This document shows, in pieces, positions 25,508-26,602 of a stretch of DNA of 26,602 nt. Source of the stretch: a virus (Duplodnaviria; Caudoviricetes). Where the stretch lies: positions 1 to 26,602 of IMG/VR virus record IMGVR_UViG_3300042313_000167; one strand, 5' to 3'. Made by a program: the position numbers and the translations under genes. Under the pieces are notes generated by a model. The model saw nothing but the letters and a program-made list of their open reading frames with translations. It had not been told where the DNA came from and made no database searches. The stretch's first letter is position 1, and each line of letters begins with the position of its first letter.

Positions 25508-26602
25508 ATGAATGAAAGCGCAGATTACCTGTCTATACCGTGGCGTACTAAAGACCGCTTTCTCATCGAAGCCGAAATGGTTCGTCGCGGCGGATACATA
25601 ATGTCCGGTGGCGTCAAGTACGGATGTGGGAAATATCATCACTTCAAAGCAGCCATGACGGCGCTTTGGCCTCACTTCGATTGGCACATCTGGTCTGACC
25701 TGCTAATCAAGACTTTCGCGGAAAATCAAGAGGTTGGAATCATGGGCCCAGGATCATCTGGCAAGACCTACACCTCCGCAGCATTCGGGCTCTGCACGTT
25801 CTACATCTACCCCACCGGCACCTCGATCATCATGTCGTCAACGACGCGTGAGGGCCTCCAGCTGCGAATCTGGGGCTCGATCAAGGAGCTGCACAACAAG
25901 GCCAAGGCCCGCCGGGAATGGCTTCCTGGGCGCGTTATCGAGAGCCGGTTTATCCTGACCAGTTCTGACCAAGACGCCGAGGCGCAGGATTTCCGCGATG
26001 GAATCATCGGTGTAGCGTGCAAGGTTGGTGGTACGTTCGTTGGCCTCTCGAACTACGTCGGACTCAAGAACGACCGAGTGATGCTGATCGCAGACGAGGC
26101 GTCTCTAATGAGCCGGGGATTCCTCGATTCAGTCGCTAACCTTCGCAAGAATCCAGAGTTCAAGCTGATCGCGATGGGGAATCCCAAGGATCGCAACGAC
26201 GCGCTTGGGGTAGTCTGTGAGCCGCACTCTACGATGGGCGGCTGGGAAGGCATTGAATACCTTGAGCAGACACGCACCTGGAGAACGCGGGCTCCAGGAG
26301 GGGTTGCTGTCCAGCTATGCGGGTACGACACGCCGAACGCGAAGTTTCCGAAAGGAACCAATCCGTACCGAGGCATCATCACGCCAGAGCAGATTCAGGC
26401 GGACTTGGATTACTACGGCCGAGACTCGTTGCAGTTCTCGATGATGAACCTCGGTTTGCTGCCCCGAGACGGCGGTACCCGACGCGTGGTAACCATGTCT
26501 CTGTGCGAGCAGAACCAAGCGTTCGATGAAATCGTGTGGCAGGGCGCCGACAAGATCACACGAATCATCGGGATCGACGCGGCGTACTCAGGCATCGGTG
26601 GT
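25508..26602 (+). CDS. terL: Terminase large subunit, 3'-truncated by the window (365 codons visible)
   Basis: Translated by hand: MNESADYLSIPW..., Walker A GPGSSGKT, Walker B MLIADEA, coupling motif AMGNP and nuclease start IIGIDAA; no stop before the window end, so it is absent from the ORF track. Confidence 0.92.
   Translation, partial: MNESADYLSIPWRTKDRFLIEAEMVRRGGYIMSGGVKYGCGKYHHFKAAMTALWPHFDWHIWSDLLIKTFAENQEVGIMGPGSSGKTYTSAAFGLCTFYIYPTGTSIIMSSTTREGLQLRIWGSIKELHNKAKARREWLPGRVIESRFILTSSDQDAEAQDFRDGIIGVACKVGGTFVGLSNYVGLKNDRVMLIADEASLMSRGFLDSVANLRKNPEFKLIAMGNPKDRNDALGVVCEPHSTMGGWEGIEYLEQTRTWRTRAPGGVAVQLCGYDTPNAKFPKGTNPYRGIITPEQIQADLDYYGRDSLQFSMMNLGLLPRDGGTRRVVTMSLCEQNQAFDEIVWQGADKITRIIGIDAAYSGIGG

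Larger units (their letters stand above)
1..26602. mobile_element. Tailed bacteriophage genome segment (podovirus-like); free phage vs prophage cannot be decided
   Basis: Terminase large subunit, tail/tailspike and ejection-type genes, RecET-like pair and dense small ORFs; no host housekeeping gene, integrase or att site seen. Confidence 0.95.

Noticed and set aside
25418-26595. Short ORFs listed in the ORF track at the right end
   Set aside because: All lie within or opposite the uninterrupted terL frame starting at 25508.
1-26602. Stop-codon reassignment
   Set aside because: TAA, TAG and TGA all end genes at tight junctions and long ORFs are intact in the standard code.

Overview
The whole window is tailed-phage DNA with a podovirus-like (P22/T7-type ejectosome) gene set; no host genes, RNA genes, integrase or CRISPR array are visible. 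The minus strand, read right to left, carries a virion operon: a tail nozzle/stabilisation-like protein, a tailspike whose beta-helix is interrupted by 7-8 copies of a ~55-aa module, a tail fibre, a Cys-rich adaptor-like protein, a cupin, two small ejection-type proteins, and a 3150-aa ejection-type protein carrying an adenine methyltransferase and a Strawberry-notch-type SF2 helicase (DarB/polyvalent-like). A second unit follows from a sigma70-like promoter overlapped by a palindrome: RecT-like annealase, PD-(D/E)XK exonuclease, HTH genes, and an array of small translationally coupled genes built from variable N-termini and a few recurring C-terminal modules that also encode the next gene's Shine-Dalgarno. 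A terminase large subunit, missing from the ORF track, starts divergently at 25508 on the + strand and runs off the window. A + strand intrinsic terminator lies at the left edge. All family assignments come from motif recognition by eye, not from database searches.
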